A stretch of 64,000 bases of DNA. It comes from Octopus vulgaris (taxonomy: Eukaryota). Under the pieces are notes generated by a model. The model was not told the origin of the DNA. It saw nothing but the letters and a program-made list of their open reading frames with translations, and did not search any database. This document shows, piece after piece, positions 39,761 to 52,323 of this stretch (the stretch's first letter is position 1; every line of letters starts with the position of its first letter). A program made the position numbers and the translations under genes. The DNA is taken from assembly GCA_951406725.2 (NCBI GenBank), contig OX597824.1, positions 20,770,001-20,834,000 on the forward strand. Direction: 5' to 3'.

Positions 39761-40574
39761 GCGTCACATCAACATAGCTATACAAAAGTAAAGTCAGAGC
39801 GGCACATAAATGTCACAGTAATACAATGTGTTTAACATTGATAGTGACGTAGAAATCCAGTTGTGTTACTGTGTATCACGACTGAGTGACAAACTAACAG
39901 GTGAAAAAAGTAATACATAATATATTTCCAACGATAGTCTTTACAACAATAAGCACAACTCTGCAATAGTCTTTGTAACATCAAAAGCATTACAACAGAA
40001 GATTTTGCTATGTCAAACACTGCACCATTTAAGATATTATAAGACTTCACTGCATCAAACATTATGCGATGCATTACTGCATTAAATATTACACAAGGCA
40101 CCACAGCATCAAGCACTGCACAAGGCATTATTTTCAGCAAACGCCGAACACAAAATCACTGCATCAGACACTACACGTAACACAGTTACATCAAACATGG
40201 TGTGTTCACTACATCAAACATAACACCAAGCAGTCACATCAACCACAGCACAACACTTCAATGCATTAAACACACACACACACACACAAGACATTGCTCA
40301 ATACAACACAACAGCAACCTTTATAAACATCCAGTACAATTCAACATGGAAGAAATATTTGACAAGATGGTTTATTGTTTAAACTACATACTGAAATGAA
40401 TGTCTTTCTCTAACAAACATTCTATGATGTAACTAAACAAACTTTCTTATTTATTAAACGTTATATATTTATTTTTCCTAACGTCTTTTGTTGTTCACTT
40501 CTTAAATATTTTTATTCGAATTTACCGTTTTTACCATGTTCCATACAGTATGTATTTCCATATGGTATTTCCAA

Positions 40575-40986
40575 AGGTGGTGAGCTGGCAGAATAGTTAG
40601 TACGCCGGGCGAAATGCTTTGCGGTGTTTCATCTGCCGCTACGTTTTGAGTTCAAATTTCGCCGAGGTTGACTTTGCCTTTCATCCTTTCGGGGTCGATT
40701 AAATAAGTACCAGTTATGTACTGGGGTCGATGTAATCGACTTAATCCGTTTGTCCTTGTTTGTCCCCTCTATGTTTAGCCCCTTGTGGGTAGTAAAGAAA
40801 TAGGTATTTTGTCTGCCGCTATGTTCTGAGTTCAAATTCTGCCGAGGTCGACTTTGCCTTTCATCCTTTCGGGGTCTATTAAATAAGTACCAGTTACGCA
40901 CTGGGGTCGATGTAATCGACTTAATCCGTTTGTCTGTCCTTGTTTGTCCTCTCTGTGTTTAGCCCCTTGTGGTTAGTAAAGAAATA
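40575..40986 (+). mobile_element. SINE family B dimer
   Basis: TSD ggtatttcca at 40564-40573 and 40987-40996. Confidence 0.8.
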
Positions 40987-41086
40987 GGTATTTCCACCAT
41001 CACCACTGCCAAAAACAAAGGTAGTGAATGCTTGGTGGTATAACCTTCCAGGTCATACTCATTTGCCAGTGAAGGCTAAGCTTATA

Positions 41087-42040
41087 CAGGGTGGACCAAA
41101 ATGATCTGACACATTTGGAGGCTTAATAAAAGCACAAAATAAGAAATAATGAAAAGAAAAATTTTATTTTCTGAATGTACATATAATGCCATTTTATTTC
41201 ATTAAATTTTTAAAATTAAATCAGCTAAATGCTTCCCATCATTGTGAACACACTGTTGGAGACGTTCATGAAAGTTATCGATAACTCTATGGATCATTTC
41301 TTCTGGAATGGTGAAATGTGATTCTTCTTGTGGGGATATTTAGAATCAAAAGTATTCAGTCATCACCCTCGGTTTGTTGACGAATTAAAACGTGCAATTT
41401 GTGTAGAAATAGCATCCATTCCAGAAGAAATGATCCAAAGAGTTATCGATAACTTTCATGAACGTCTCCAACAGTGTGTTGACGATGATGAGAAGCATTT
41501 ACTCTCTTTTACTTGTTTCAGTCATTTGACTGTGGCCATGCTGGAGCACCGCCTTTAGTCGAGCAAATCGACCCCAGGACTTTATTCTTTGTGAGCCTAG
41601 TACTTATTCTATCGGTCTCTTTTGCCGAACCGCTAAGTGACGGGGACGTAAACACACCAGCATCAGTTGTCAAGCGATGTTGGGGGGACAAACACAGACA
41701 CACACACACACACACAGATATATATATATACACGACAGGCTTCTTTCAGTTTCCGTCTACCAAATCCACTCACAAGGCTTTGGTTGGCTCGAGGCTATAG
41801 TAGAAGACACTTGCCCAAAGTGCCACGCAGTGGGACTGAAACCAGAACCATGTGGTTGGTAAGCAAGCTACTTACCACACAGCCACACCTGCGTTGATTT
41901 AGCTGATTTAATTTTTAAAACTTAATGAAATAAAATGGCATTATATGTACATTCAGAAAATAAAATTTTTCTTTTCATTATTTCTTATTCTGTGCTTCTA
42001 TTAAGCTTCCAAATGTGTCAGATCATTTTGGTCCACCCTG
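41087..42040. mobile_element. Tc1/mariner-superfamily fold-back element with transposase C-terminal relic, interrupted by SINE A
   Basis: TA|CAGGGTGGACCAAAATGATCTGACAC...GTCCACCCTG|TA with long inverted arms. Encodes CDFFLWGYLESKVF...ELKRAI...HERLQQC. Confidence 0.85.
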
Positions 42041-43049
42041 TATATTTCCATGTTTGTACTATAGAGTCTGCTATGGCAGCAATCAATGACATGTGACTAT
42101 ATTCGCTGCCAAGATGTTGGAAAGGTTATTTCCCATTAGTGCAAGTGATTTAAAACTATTATTTTAAAGGTGACTTTTAATATCTCCTTCCCATTTCAGC
42201 TGACCTGGTTCTTGGTACAAACCTTTATTTCCTTTCCCCCTCACATTGCTCTTCTCACTCTTCCCCTTACACTACTGACTCTTTCAGTACTCACACTATC
42301 CCATCTTTTTTTTGTTTCTTTCTTTCTTTCATTCTCTTTCCTCACATACCACTTAACACAACTCTTTCATGACTCCTTCTCGGGTCTTTCTGAAGATGAC
42401 AAACATCAGAAATAATGTTGCTGATGTGGAGAATGTGTAAGCAAAATAAAAAGGGAACTATCCTAAGCAAACCCAACAGAGGGACCAACTATTGAAGATG
42501 ACAACTGTATGGTGAATGCATGATTAAAACAGAAATCAGTTGGATTATCAGGTGCAGCAGTGGCTGTGTGGTAAGTAGCTTGCTTACCAACCACATGGTT
42601 CCAGGTTCAGTCCCACTGCGGGACACCTTGGGCAAGTGTCTTCTGCTATAGCCTCAGGCCGACCAAAGCCTTGTGAGTGGATTTGGTAGACGGAAACTGA
42701 AAGAAGCCCGTCGTATATATATGTGTGTGTGTATGTTTGTGTGTCTGTGTTTGTCCCCACAACATCGCTTGACAACTGATGCTGGTGTGTTTACTTCCTC
42801 GTAACTTAGCAGTTTGACAAAAAAGACCGATAGAATAAGTACTAGGCTTACAAAGAATTAGTCCTGGGGTCGATTTGCTCAACTAAAAGCGGTGCTCCAG
42901 CATGGCCGCAGTCAAATGGCTGAAACAAGTAAAAGAGTAAAGAGAGTAATAGTGACTAAGATGCTGGAAATATCCACCAAAGTGAGACTCATGCTAGTCA
43001 CATAATCATCTGTTACAGAGTGGTGTCGCGGGCCATTAACTGGCACAGC

Positions 43050-43560
43050 AATGTTGTCATCAACTGTTACTAGAATAACAGAAAAGCTGTTGAAGGGAGT
43101 AACTATAGATGTTAAACCAATGGTCCGAGTTTCGAAAGTAACAGAGATTGACTTGGAAAAGAATTAGCTTAGACTGGATGCACTGTTGACTTCTTCCTAG
43201 CCTAGAGGAAAGGTTTTTAGCTAAGGGAAAACTACTCTGTTTAGTGTTTGTAAATCTGCAGAAAGTCTTTGACATGGTACCATACTAAGTGTAAATGAAT
43301 GGCATGTGAGTATAATAGTTCCAGCAAAGTGAGAATTGGCAATGAGTTCAGCAAGAAATTTGGTTCTGAGCCCCTTATTTATTATAGTTCACTGGACCTT
43401 AACAGAGAATTTTAAGACCAGCTGTTCATGGGAACTCCTCAATGTTGATGACATAGTTCACATAACTGAATTGGTTGAAGATTTAGAAAAGAAAGAACAG
43501 AAGTGGAAGCAAAGATAAATGCTTTTAGTTAACAGGAGAGAAAACCGAATTCTACTGCCA
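43050..43560 (+). mobile_element. Highly degenerate RTE-like reverse transcriptase relic
   Basis: FVNLQKVFDMVP (cf. FVDLEKAFDRVP), SPLFIIV and WELLNVDDIV (cf. WELLYADDLV). Confidence 0.65.
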
Positions 43561-43601
43561 TCAGTAAAGTGATCGTATATATATATATATATATATATAT
43601 A

Positions 43602-44004
43602 GGCGCAGGAGTGGCTGTGTGGTAAGTAGCTTGCTAACCAACCACATGGTTCCGGGTTCAGTCCCACTGCGTGGCATCTTGGGCAAGTGTCTTCTGCTAT
43701 AGCCCCGGGCCGACCAATGCCTTGTGAGTGGATTTGGTAGACGGAAACTGAAAGAAGTCCGTCGTATATATGTATATATATATATATGTGTGTGTTTGTG
43801 TGTCTGTGTTTGTCCCGCTAGCATTGCTTGACAACCGATGCTGGTGTGTTTATGTCCCCGTTACTTAGCGGTTCGGCAAAAGAGACCGATAGAATAAGTA
43901 CTGGGCTTACAAAAGAATAAGTCCCGGGGTCGATTTGCTCGACTAAAGGCGGTGCTCCAGCATGGCCGCAGTCAAATGACTGAAACAAGTAAAAGAGTAA
44001 AGAG
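43602..44004 (+). mobile_element. SINE family A, reference full-length copy
   Basis: tRNA-like head (tggctgtgtggta A box, gggttcagtccc B box), CORE-like cttgggcaagt, central (TA/TG)n, tail ...ggtgctccagcatggccgcagtcaaatgactgaaacaagtaaaagag. Confidence 0.88.
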
Positions 44005-44955
44005 TATATATATATATATATGCAATATATGAAATTGTCAATCATAATCACCAGTTAATGTTTATTTTCCATACTGGCATGGGTTAGACTGTTTTACAAA
44101 ATCCAATGAGCCCCAGGACCACATTGAGTTCTAGTGTTAGCATCGGAATAGTTTCTATAGCATTGATTGCAGTTTTCATGCCACTGGCACTAGTGAGGTC
44201 ATCACTAGTAAGATAAGAAAAGAACAGTGAAAATGGAAAATGGGGTTAGTATTTGAATGGTGAAGGGCAGTGCTGGTATGCCAGGTGTTGAAAAGCTAAA
44301 GCATGATTGTGGGTGGGTGTGGGGGGACAATCACAGGTGTCTTGCTGTAGAGAAGATACACGGTTACCCTGCCTAGCCCCCACACCTGCTCTATATAAGG
44401 CTGGGGGTAGCTGGAAAGAAGGTAGAGATGGTGTTGATGAGATGCCAGAGCATCTCAAGATATGAGAAGGCGAATATAAGAGAGGATGCAGGCAGTGGAT
44501 CAGGACGGGGTGGGGAGTAACAGATGGTTAGAGGTGCGGGTGGAGGCAGAGGTGAATGTAGTGAGCGAAGAACAAGGGTGGAGGTGTGACTGATGGGAAA
44601 TACCAGTATGGAGAGTGGGGGAGGAGGTGAGAGAGGTAGGAATGGCTCATGAAAGGAAAACAGAGCAGAAAGTGGGGGGTTAGGGTTAAAGGTGTAGGAG
44701 GGGTGCTGTAATAAGCTGGGCATGGTGGAAAGTCAATAATATATATATATATGTATATATTTATATGTGTATATATATATGAATATATATATATATATAT
44801 GTGTGTGTGTGTATATATATTTATTTATATATGTGTATATATATTTATGTATATATATATGTGTGTGTGTGTGTGTATATATTTATATATATATGTGTGT
44901 GTGTTTATATATATATTTATATATATATGTGTATATATATATATATGTATATATT

Positions 44956-44990
<35 letters not shown>

Positions 44991-45559
44991 CCCTTTATTT
45001 GTCTACTTGTGAAGTCATTCACTCGTGAATTTCATCACACACAACATGGACCAAGTTTCTTCTTAAGAAAAAATATATATTCATATAAATTAAGCATTAT
45101 ATCATGAATAGCGATAGCGAAACTGGTCGATATATTAAAAATTATATTAAAACCATGTAAGTGTGCGTATTTTCCTTTTTTAATTTCTTCTTTCCTCTCT
45201 CTCTCTCTCTCTTTCTCTTTCTGTCTGTCTCTCTCTCTCTCTCTCTTTCTGTATCTCTCTTTCTCTTTCTCTCTCTCTCTCATGACCTTACGATTGTGAG
45301 CCGAATGCCCTAACCACTAAGCCATATGCCTTCAAATGTATGCACACCCCGTAACTTAGCGGTTCGACAAAACAGACCGATAGAATAAGTACTAGGCTTA
45401 CAAAGAATAAGTCCTGGGGTCGATTTTCTCGACTATACAGGAGGCGGTGCTCCAGCATGGCCACAGTCAAATGACTGAAACAAGTAAAAGAATAAAAGAA
45501 TATACATTACAACCCACGACATGGGGACAATCGAAATTCCTCTCTTCTGTTGCTACTAC

Positions 45560-45613
<54 letters not shown>

Positions 45614-45788
45614 TAGTGGAGCCCATGGAAATTCCATGGAATGAAAAAAATTAATAGGACCTATTTAATAAAGAAAGAATAATTAGCATTTTTAGAGCAT
45701 TCATAAATTAGCTTTCTTTATTAATGTTCGTTTACATTTATTTCCCCACATCTCCCATCGGTATTGTCTTTTTCCTCTTTATATTATA

Positions 45789-46301
45789 CTAGCAGTATCG
45801 CCCAGCGTTGCTCGGGTTTGTAAGGGAAATAACTATATAAGCATTTTTAGAGAGTTACTTCCCTTATAGATGACAATTCGGGCTTTCTTAGCCATTTCTG
45901 TTTTGGTGTCTTCAAGCCATGAAGTCGTTGTTCTAAAAGAACGCTGGTCTCCTTGACAACGCTTTACGACGTTGATTTCCTTACACTCCCTTCCCCACAG
46001 CTTCACGAGGGAGGGAAGAAGGGGGAGAAGCAAACAGGTGCAGGTGTGACCATGGACGCCAACTCCGCCGCCATCGACACACGAAAAATTATGCATTAAA
46101 ATGGAATAAAAAATGATGTTAAATTATTTTTAAAATCGTAGACTTATCGTAGGCGCGCGCTAATACTCAGACGGGCTCGATATGAATCACGACTATAAGA
46201 TACCCGAATTTGGTTAAACTGCACCACAAAATGTGGGAGTAGTTAGGAATCTAAATCGAAGGGGACAGACACTCACACAACTACAGTTTTATATATATAG
46301 A
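45789..46301 (-). mobile_element. Non-autonomous Helitron-like element
   Basis: Reverse complement has A|TC ... hairpin ... CTAG|T. Shares internal blocks with 18161-18450 and has an extra GC-rich segment. Confidence 0.75.
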
Positions 46302-46409
46302 TTTTCCCACTGTTCTTCTCTGATCCTTGCCCCATATCTGTGCACCCCTTCTTGGGCAGTTTGCAACCGTGTTTCTTGTGAATCTAGAGTTCAGACTAAA
46401 TAACCCATA

Positions 46410-46739
46410 GGCGCAGGAGTGGCTGTGTGGTAAGTAGCTTGCTTACCAACCACATGGTCATGGGTTCAATCCCACTGCGTGGCACCTTGGGCAAGTGTCT
46501 TCTACTATAGCCTCGGGCTGACCAAAGCCTTGTGAGTGGATTTAGTAGACGGAAACTGGAAGAAGCCCGCCGTATATATATATGAGTGGGTGTGTGGTAA
46601 GTAGCTTGCTTACCAACCACATGGTCATGGGTTCAGTCCCACTGCGTGGCACCTTGGGCAAGTGTCTTCTACTATAGCCTCGGGCCGACCAAAGACTTGT
46701 GAGTGAATTTAGTAGACGGAAACTGGAAGAAGCCCGCCG

Positions 46740-46771
<32 letters not shown>

Positions 46772-46967
46772 TGTGTGTATCCTTGTTTGTTGCCCAACAT
46801 CCCTTGACAACCGATGCTGGTGTGTTTATGTCCCCGTAACTTAGCGGTTCAGCAAATGAGACCGATAGAATAAGTACTAGGCTTACAAAGAATAAGTCGA
46901 TTTGCTCGACTAAAGGTGGTGCTCCAGCATGGCTGCAGTCAAATAACTGAAACAAGTAAAAGAGTAA
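46410..46967 (+). mobile_element. SINE family A with duplicated 5' half
   Basis: The head-plus-core block occurs twice (46410-46580 and 46590-46740). Confidence 0.8.
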
Positions 46968-47165
46968 ACAAACATCATTTTTTTAAGCAAGCTGACGATA
47001 AATAATTGCAATAACACGCATGATGGTCACTATGAAAAGGAATTAGCTCAATAAAACCAAAAAAAAAACATTTCACTATCAACACTCCACCACCACTGCT
47101 ATCTCTCTCTCTCTCTCTCTCTTTCTCTCAATGTGACTGCCTCCTCTCGAGTATGGCTCGAGAAA

Positions 47166-47584
47166 GGGATCTTTTCGGTTTGAACGGTAGTTTTTTTCTA
47201 GCGGTGTCATATGAAATTGTTACCCATAATTATGACCCTAGAATCGATCTATTGTATTTCAATCTGTTTTAGGTTTAGGGTTTAGGGGTGGTGGGAAGGG
47301 TATCTTTTTTTCTTCACAAATGTAAATAAACCCAATCCGTTTCTTAAACGAGGGACATATTCATACGGCACAGAATGTTTTCACCTCAATAGACGGTCAT
47401 TGATTGGTTGAAATTGCCGAAATGCAAGAAATTAAAGACTAAATATCTTACAAACTATAGAATTTTCTCAATAAAGCCCAGAGAAAAAGATGTTTTATAA
47501 ACACATTCTACCAGTATACGAAGCTTAAAATTTTTTAGTTACTTAGAAATTGTTAAAAACTGCCGTTCAAACCGAAAAGATCCC
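47166..47584. mobile_element. MITE (6-bp TSD GAGAAA), same family as 13706
   Basis: TIR GGGATCTTTTCGGTTTGAACGG. TSD at 47160-47165 and 47585-47590. Confidence 0.88.
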
Positions 47585-48508
47585 GAGAAAGAACATACAA
47601 CACTCGGTATACACCTATGCGCACATGGTGTGTGGATTTTGTGTCAGCGAATTATAGCATCAGCACACCAGGCAACAGTCACAGAGGATAAATAGTTTAC
47701 TGCTTTGACTTGTGTAAGTCGCGCCCCTAATTTGATGTTAAATCGTGATACAAAAACTTTTTCCCCGGCATAGTTTTTGCTTTGCCCTGTATAAACCACA
47801 CCCCAGTTTTTTCAGGGGGGTTTATTTATTTTTTTTTTTTTTCAGATAAAATCATGTATAAAATAGTATGAATTATACACGAGTAAATACCACAAAAACC
47901 AACCAAACTACACACGTAGCTTCTATTAACTACACAACAACCATATCGGATATACGATTCATATCGGTGAATTTACATACCACCATCAAACGTCTATTAA
48001 CCAGGCATCTGAAGTGTAATAGGATAATGTAGAAAATGAACACTAATTGTTAGAACTGACGAAAGTTGCTCTAAGGGAAATTATTAGATAAAACGCAGGC
48101 TGTATCAAACCTAGGGACAAATGTGATTTAGTGACATTATTTTATTTCTTCTTTGAGTTTCATTCCGACTGACATCGGCGATCATACATCTCCCCCGTTC
48201 CTCCTGTCCTACACAAGTTAGCATGTAATAACGTAATAACAGTTGGAAAAGGCCATCAGGTTTCTTCTCTCTTTCTGTCGTATTAACCCGTCTTTTCCAC
48301 TTGCCACTTATGTGTTCAAAGCTTTGTCTTCTCGTCGTATGATATTTCTATGATGAACGTAGTCTGTTGCCGCCTTTTGTCGTTCAGGCTATTTCTGATC
48401 GTCTGATGCACTCCCTCGTTTGTTACTTTGTCTGTATACAGGGACAACCTTTGACAGTCGTCCTCAACTGCTTTTTTTTTTTTAACAGTGGATCCCTTTA
48501 ATAATTAT

Positions 48509-48929
48509 TGTATCTTTTCGGTTTGAACGGCAGTTTTTTCTAGCGGTGTCATATGAAATTGTCACCCATAATTATGATCGATCTATTGCATTTCAATCTG
48601 TTTTAGGGTTAGGGTTAGTTGAGGTTAAGGTTAGGGGGAAGGGTATCTTTTTTCTTCACAAATGTAAATAAACCCAATCTGTTTCTTAAACGAGGGACAC
48701 ATTCATAGGGCACAGAATGTTTTCACCTCAATAGACGTCATTGATTGGTTGACATTGCAGAAATTGAAGAAAAAACAACAACAAATATCTTACAAACTAT
48801 AGAATTTTCTCAATAAAGCCAAGAGAAAAAGATGTTTTATAAACTCATTATACCAGTATACGAAGTTTAAAAGTGTTTAGTTACGTGGAAATTCTTTTTA
48901 AAAACTGCCGTTCAAACCGAAAAGATCCT
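48509..48929. mobile_element. MITE (6-bp TSD AATTAT), same family as 13706
   Basis: TSD at 48503-48508 and 48930-48935. Internal TTAGGG-like run. Confidence 0.85.
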
Positions 48930-49086
48930 AATTATTTTACTCTGATGGATGCCCATATCCATTCGGTGTTTAGAATTTGGTTTCATAGATACTTCTTTCA
49001 AGATTCCTATTTTGCTTCTCACACATTCACTTGTGGAGGTTTACACTAGGGTATTTTTGTATGTATGTAATGTAATGTAATGTATG

Positions 49087-49436
49087 TGTAGCAATATCGT
49101 CTCTCATTGCTATCTTCACTGTCTGAGAAGAACTAAAAACCTAAGACGAATATTTTTCTGAGAAACCTTATTTATAAGCTTTACATGGCTCCCAAAGAAC
49201 TTCAGAAATGGAAAGCTGTGATTGGCTGCTTGGACTATGGCGCGAAAATAAGTCGAGACATTTTGCGCCAAGTTATAACCAGCGGTGCGAGCGTAGTAGA
49301 GACCAACGTGTCAGCCAATCGAATTAGTGTTTACAATAATGTTGAACTAGCCAAAGCTGTTTGTAATCTCGACCGAGGTTATTTTTAATACTCTTCTCAA
49401 ACAGTGAAGATAGCAATGAGAGACGATATTGCTACA
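49087..49436. mobile_element. Ginger-like MITE (TGT...ACA termini, 4-bp TATG flanks, ~45-bp TIR)
   Basis: tgtagcaatatcgtctctcattgctatcttcactgt with its inverse at the right end. The TSD lies in a (TATG)n context, so it is less certain. Confidence 0.65.
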
Positions 49437-49910
49437 TATGTATGTATGTATCTCTTTACTCTTTTACTTGTTTCAGTCATTTGACTGCGGCCATGCTGGA
49501 GCACCACCTTTAACCGAGCAACTCGACCCCGGGACTTTTGTAAGCCCAGTACTTATTCTATCGGTCTATTTTGCAGAACCGCTAAGTAACGGGGACATAA
49601 ACACACCAACATCAGTTGTCAAGCAATGCTAGGGGGACAAACACAGACACACAAACACACACACGCATATATATATATATATATATATACATATATACGA
49701 CGGGCTTCTTTGTACGTATGTATGTATGTATGTATGGCGTGTTTTCTCTCTCTCTTTCTTTCTCTCTTCTCTCTTTCTCTTTTAAAAAAAATGTTTCTTC
49801 CAGCATTCACTATTTTCCTCTCATTCTGGTCTAACGATCCTCCATGTTTGTTTTCGTTCGGTTTCCTTGTATGTCTCCACATGCACACACACATATAATG
49901 TATGTTTGGA

Positions 49911-50276
49911 AGCACTCCGTCGGTTACGACGATGAGGGTTCCGGTTGATCCGAATCAACGGAACAGCCTGCTCGTGAAATTAACGTGTAAGTGGCTGAGC
50001 ACTCCACAGACACGTGCACCCTTAACGTAGTTCTCGGGGATATTCAGCGTGACACAGAGAGTGACAAGGCCGGCCCCTTGAAATACAGGTACAACAGAAA
50101 CAGGAAGTAAGAGTGAGAGAAAGTTGTGGCGAAAGAGTACAGCAGGGATCACCTCCATCCCCTGCCAGAGCCTCGTGGAGCTTTAGGTGTTTTCGCTCAA
50201 TAAACACTCACAACGCCCGGTCTGGGAATCATGACCGCGAGTCCGCTGCCCTAACCACTGGGCCATTGCGCCTCCA
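49911..50276 (-). mobile_element. SINE family D, tail variant 3
   Basis: Head and core as at 57814 with a different 3' tail. The same tail occurs at 18629-18800. Confidence 0.78.
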
Positions 50277-50389
50277 CTATAATGTATGTATTATGTATGT
50301 ATATGTGCAGATTTGTATGTTTTGTTTTATGTATATCTTCTCGTGCATATACTTGCATTGTGTGTGTATCTATATATGTATGTATATGT

Positions 50390-50830
50390 AGTTAGATGTG
50401 TATACGGAGAAGACGATAATGCTGGAAGAATTGCACAGAAATGGTTTTTCACAAATCAAGGAGGGGAAATTCGATCTCAGACTTTCTGAATTCCGGCCAC
50501 CCTGTTCAGTTCAATGAGGATCGGTTCAACCAGCTCATCCAGGATAATCCATATCAATCTACTGAAGAATCGGTTCAAAAGATGGGAAATTCTCATGATA
50601 CCGTCGCCTGTCGCCTTCTTTCGATAGGTAAGATTCCAAAACTCTGTGCATGGGTACCACATTCTGCGAACAAAAGGACAAACTCCAGCACTCCTCAAAC
50701 TTTTTCCAGTTTGCTCTCACAATATCAGATTACTCATGGGCACACAGAGGAATTGCTGTGACCCATCACCACAGGTGATGAAAAACGGTGCCTATACGTC
50801 AATATGAAACACATGAAAGAATGGCTGAGA
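50390..50830 (+). mobile_element. mariner transposase relic (frameshifted, with stops)
   Basis: SGHPVQFNED..LIQDNP (HTH region), CAWVPH (WVPHEL motif) and ITTGDEKRCLYVN (first catalytic Asp, TGDEKW motif). Confidence 0.8.
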
Positions 50831-52236
50831 CTGACTACGCAATACCTCGAGTGGAACTCGACTGAGGAAAGAAAACTCCGAATGACCCGTCCTTGTTTTC
50901 TTTGTATCGTCTATCTGGTTGCTTTGTTGTCCCTTTTCAGAACATTTATAAATAGAAAGTCTTAAAGCTGTTTCCGGAGACGGTGTGAGAAAATGGTTAA
51001 GCAATAGTTATTCTAGATAAGATACGAAATAGAGAACGAAGTGGAGAAATGAAATATATATATATACCATTCTGTCTAAATAATGGAACTACAGATACAA
51101 TATCCCTGCATATCTCACGTCTATTTTCATTCCTCCACTTCACTCTCTATTTCATATCTTCTCTAGAATTACTATCGCTTAACCATCTTCTCACACCGTC
51201 TCCGATGAAGGGATAAATAGAATATCCCGGAAACAGCTGTAAGACTTTCTATTTATAAATGTTCTGAAATCTTTCACAGCCTTGGATTTTTATCTCATTC
51301 TGTAAATTTTTTTTATATAAACACATGCTGATATATGACCTACGTTGGACTCCTCATTCACTTAATCATCGAACCTGGAGCTTAACTATAGTCTGTCCAT
51401 AGCACTTACCTGACACCTTTGGGTCTCATTGATACCATTACCTCTCATAATCTCTCTCACTCTCTCTCTCTTATCTATCTATCTATATATATTGCAAATA
51501 AGAAAATGGAGAAGCACATTAGTTGGTTTATCAGCTTTAGGATATATGTTGACTTATTTATTTATCAAAACGACAACCATAACAACATACATATAGTATA
51601 TTATTCAATGCATATAAGATACATGTTTTTAATAACTACTTGTATTCTTATCTTATATGCAAAGGCCAAGGCTGTTCGTTTACAGCTATAAAGCATGCGT
51701 TGATTTTCAATTATCATCTTCTACCCTTCAGCTGCTTTCTACGCCACCAGTTCATGAGTATTTCGAAGACAATTACTGGGTATCAGAAAAAGCTTACACT
51801 CTTTTACAAGTGATAAAGCTGGATATGAGTGAAAATGTAAAATACCATATGGAGGTTTAATTTAAATTCCTAAGTTAAATATATGTTTGTTTTTCCTTCT
51901 CCTAAGTATTATCTCCAGAAAATTTGCTTTCTAACCTGCCAGTCAAACACATTGAACAGTTCCATCTGAAACACTTCTGCATATATATCTATATCTATCT
52001 ATATATATATATATATCAAAATGAGGGTGAAAAAACTGGATATTAATTTAATAACGTCAATTTAACACCAGTGGTTTAGCGCATAAAAAACTGAGATTCA
52101 GTAAATATTATTAATACACAAATATGAGAGAGAATCCACTAAGTGGACGCCCTTACGCTAAAGAGAGATCCGCATGCGGATCTCTCTTTAGATTAAGGGC
52201 GTCCACTTAGTGGATTCTCTCTCATATTTGTGTATT

Positions 52237-52323
<87 letters not shown>

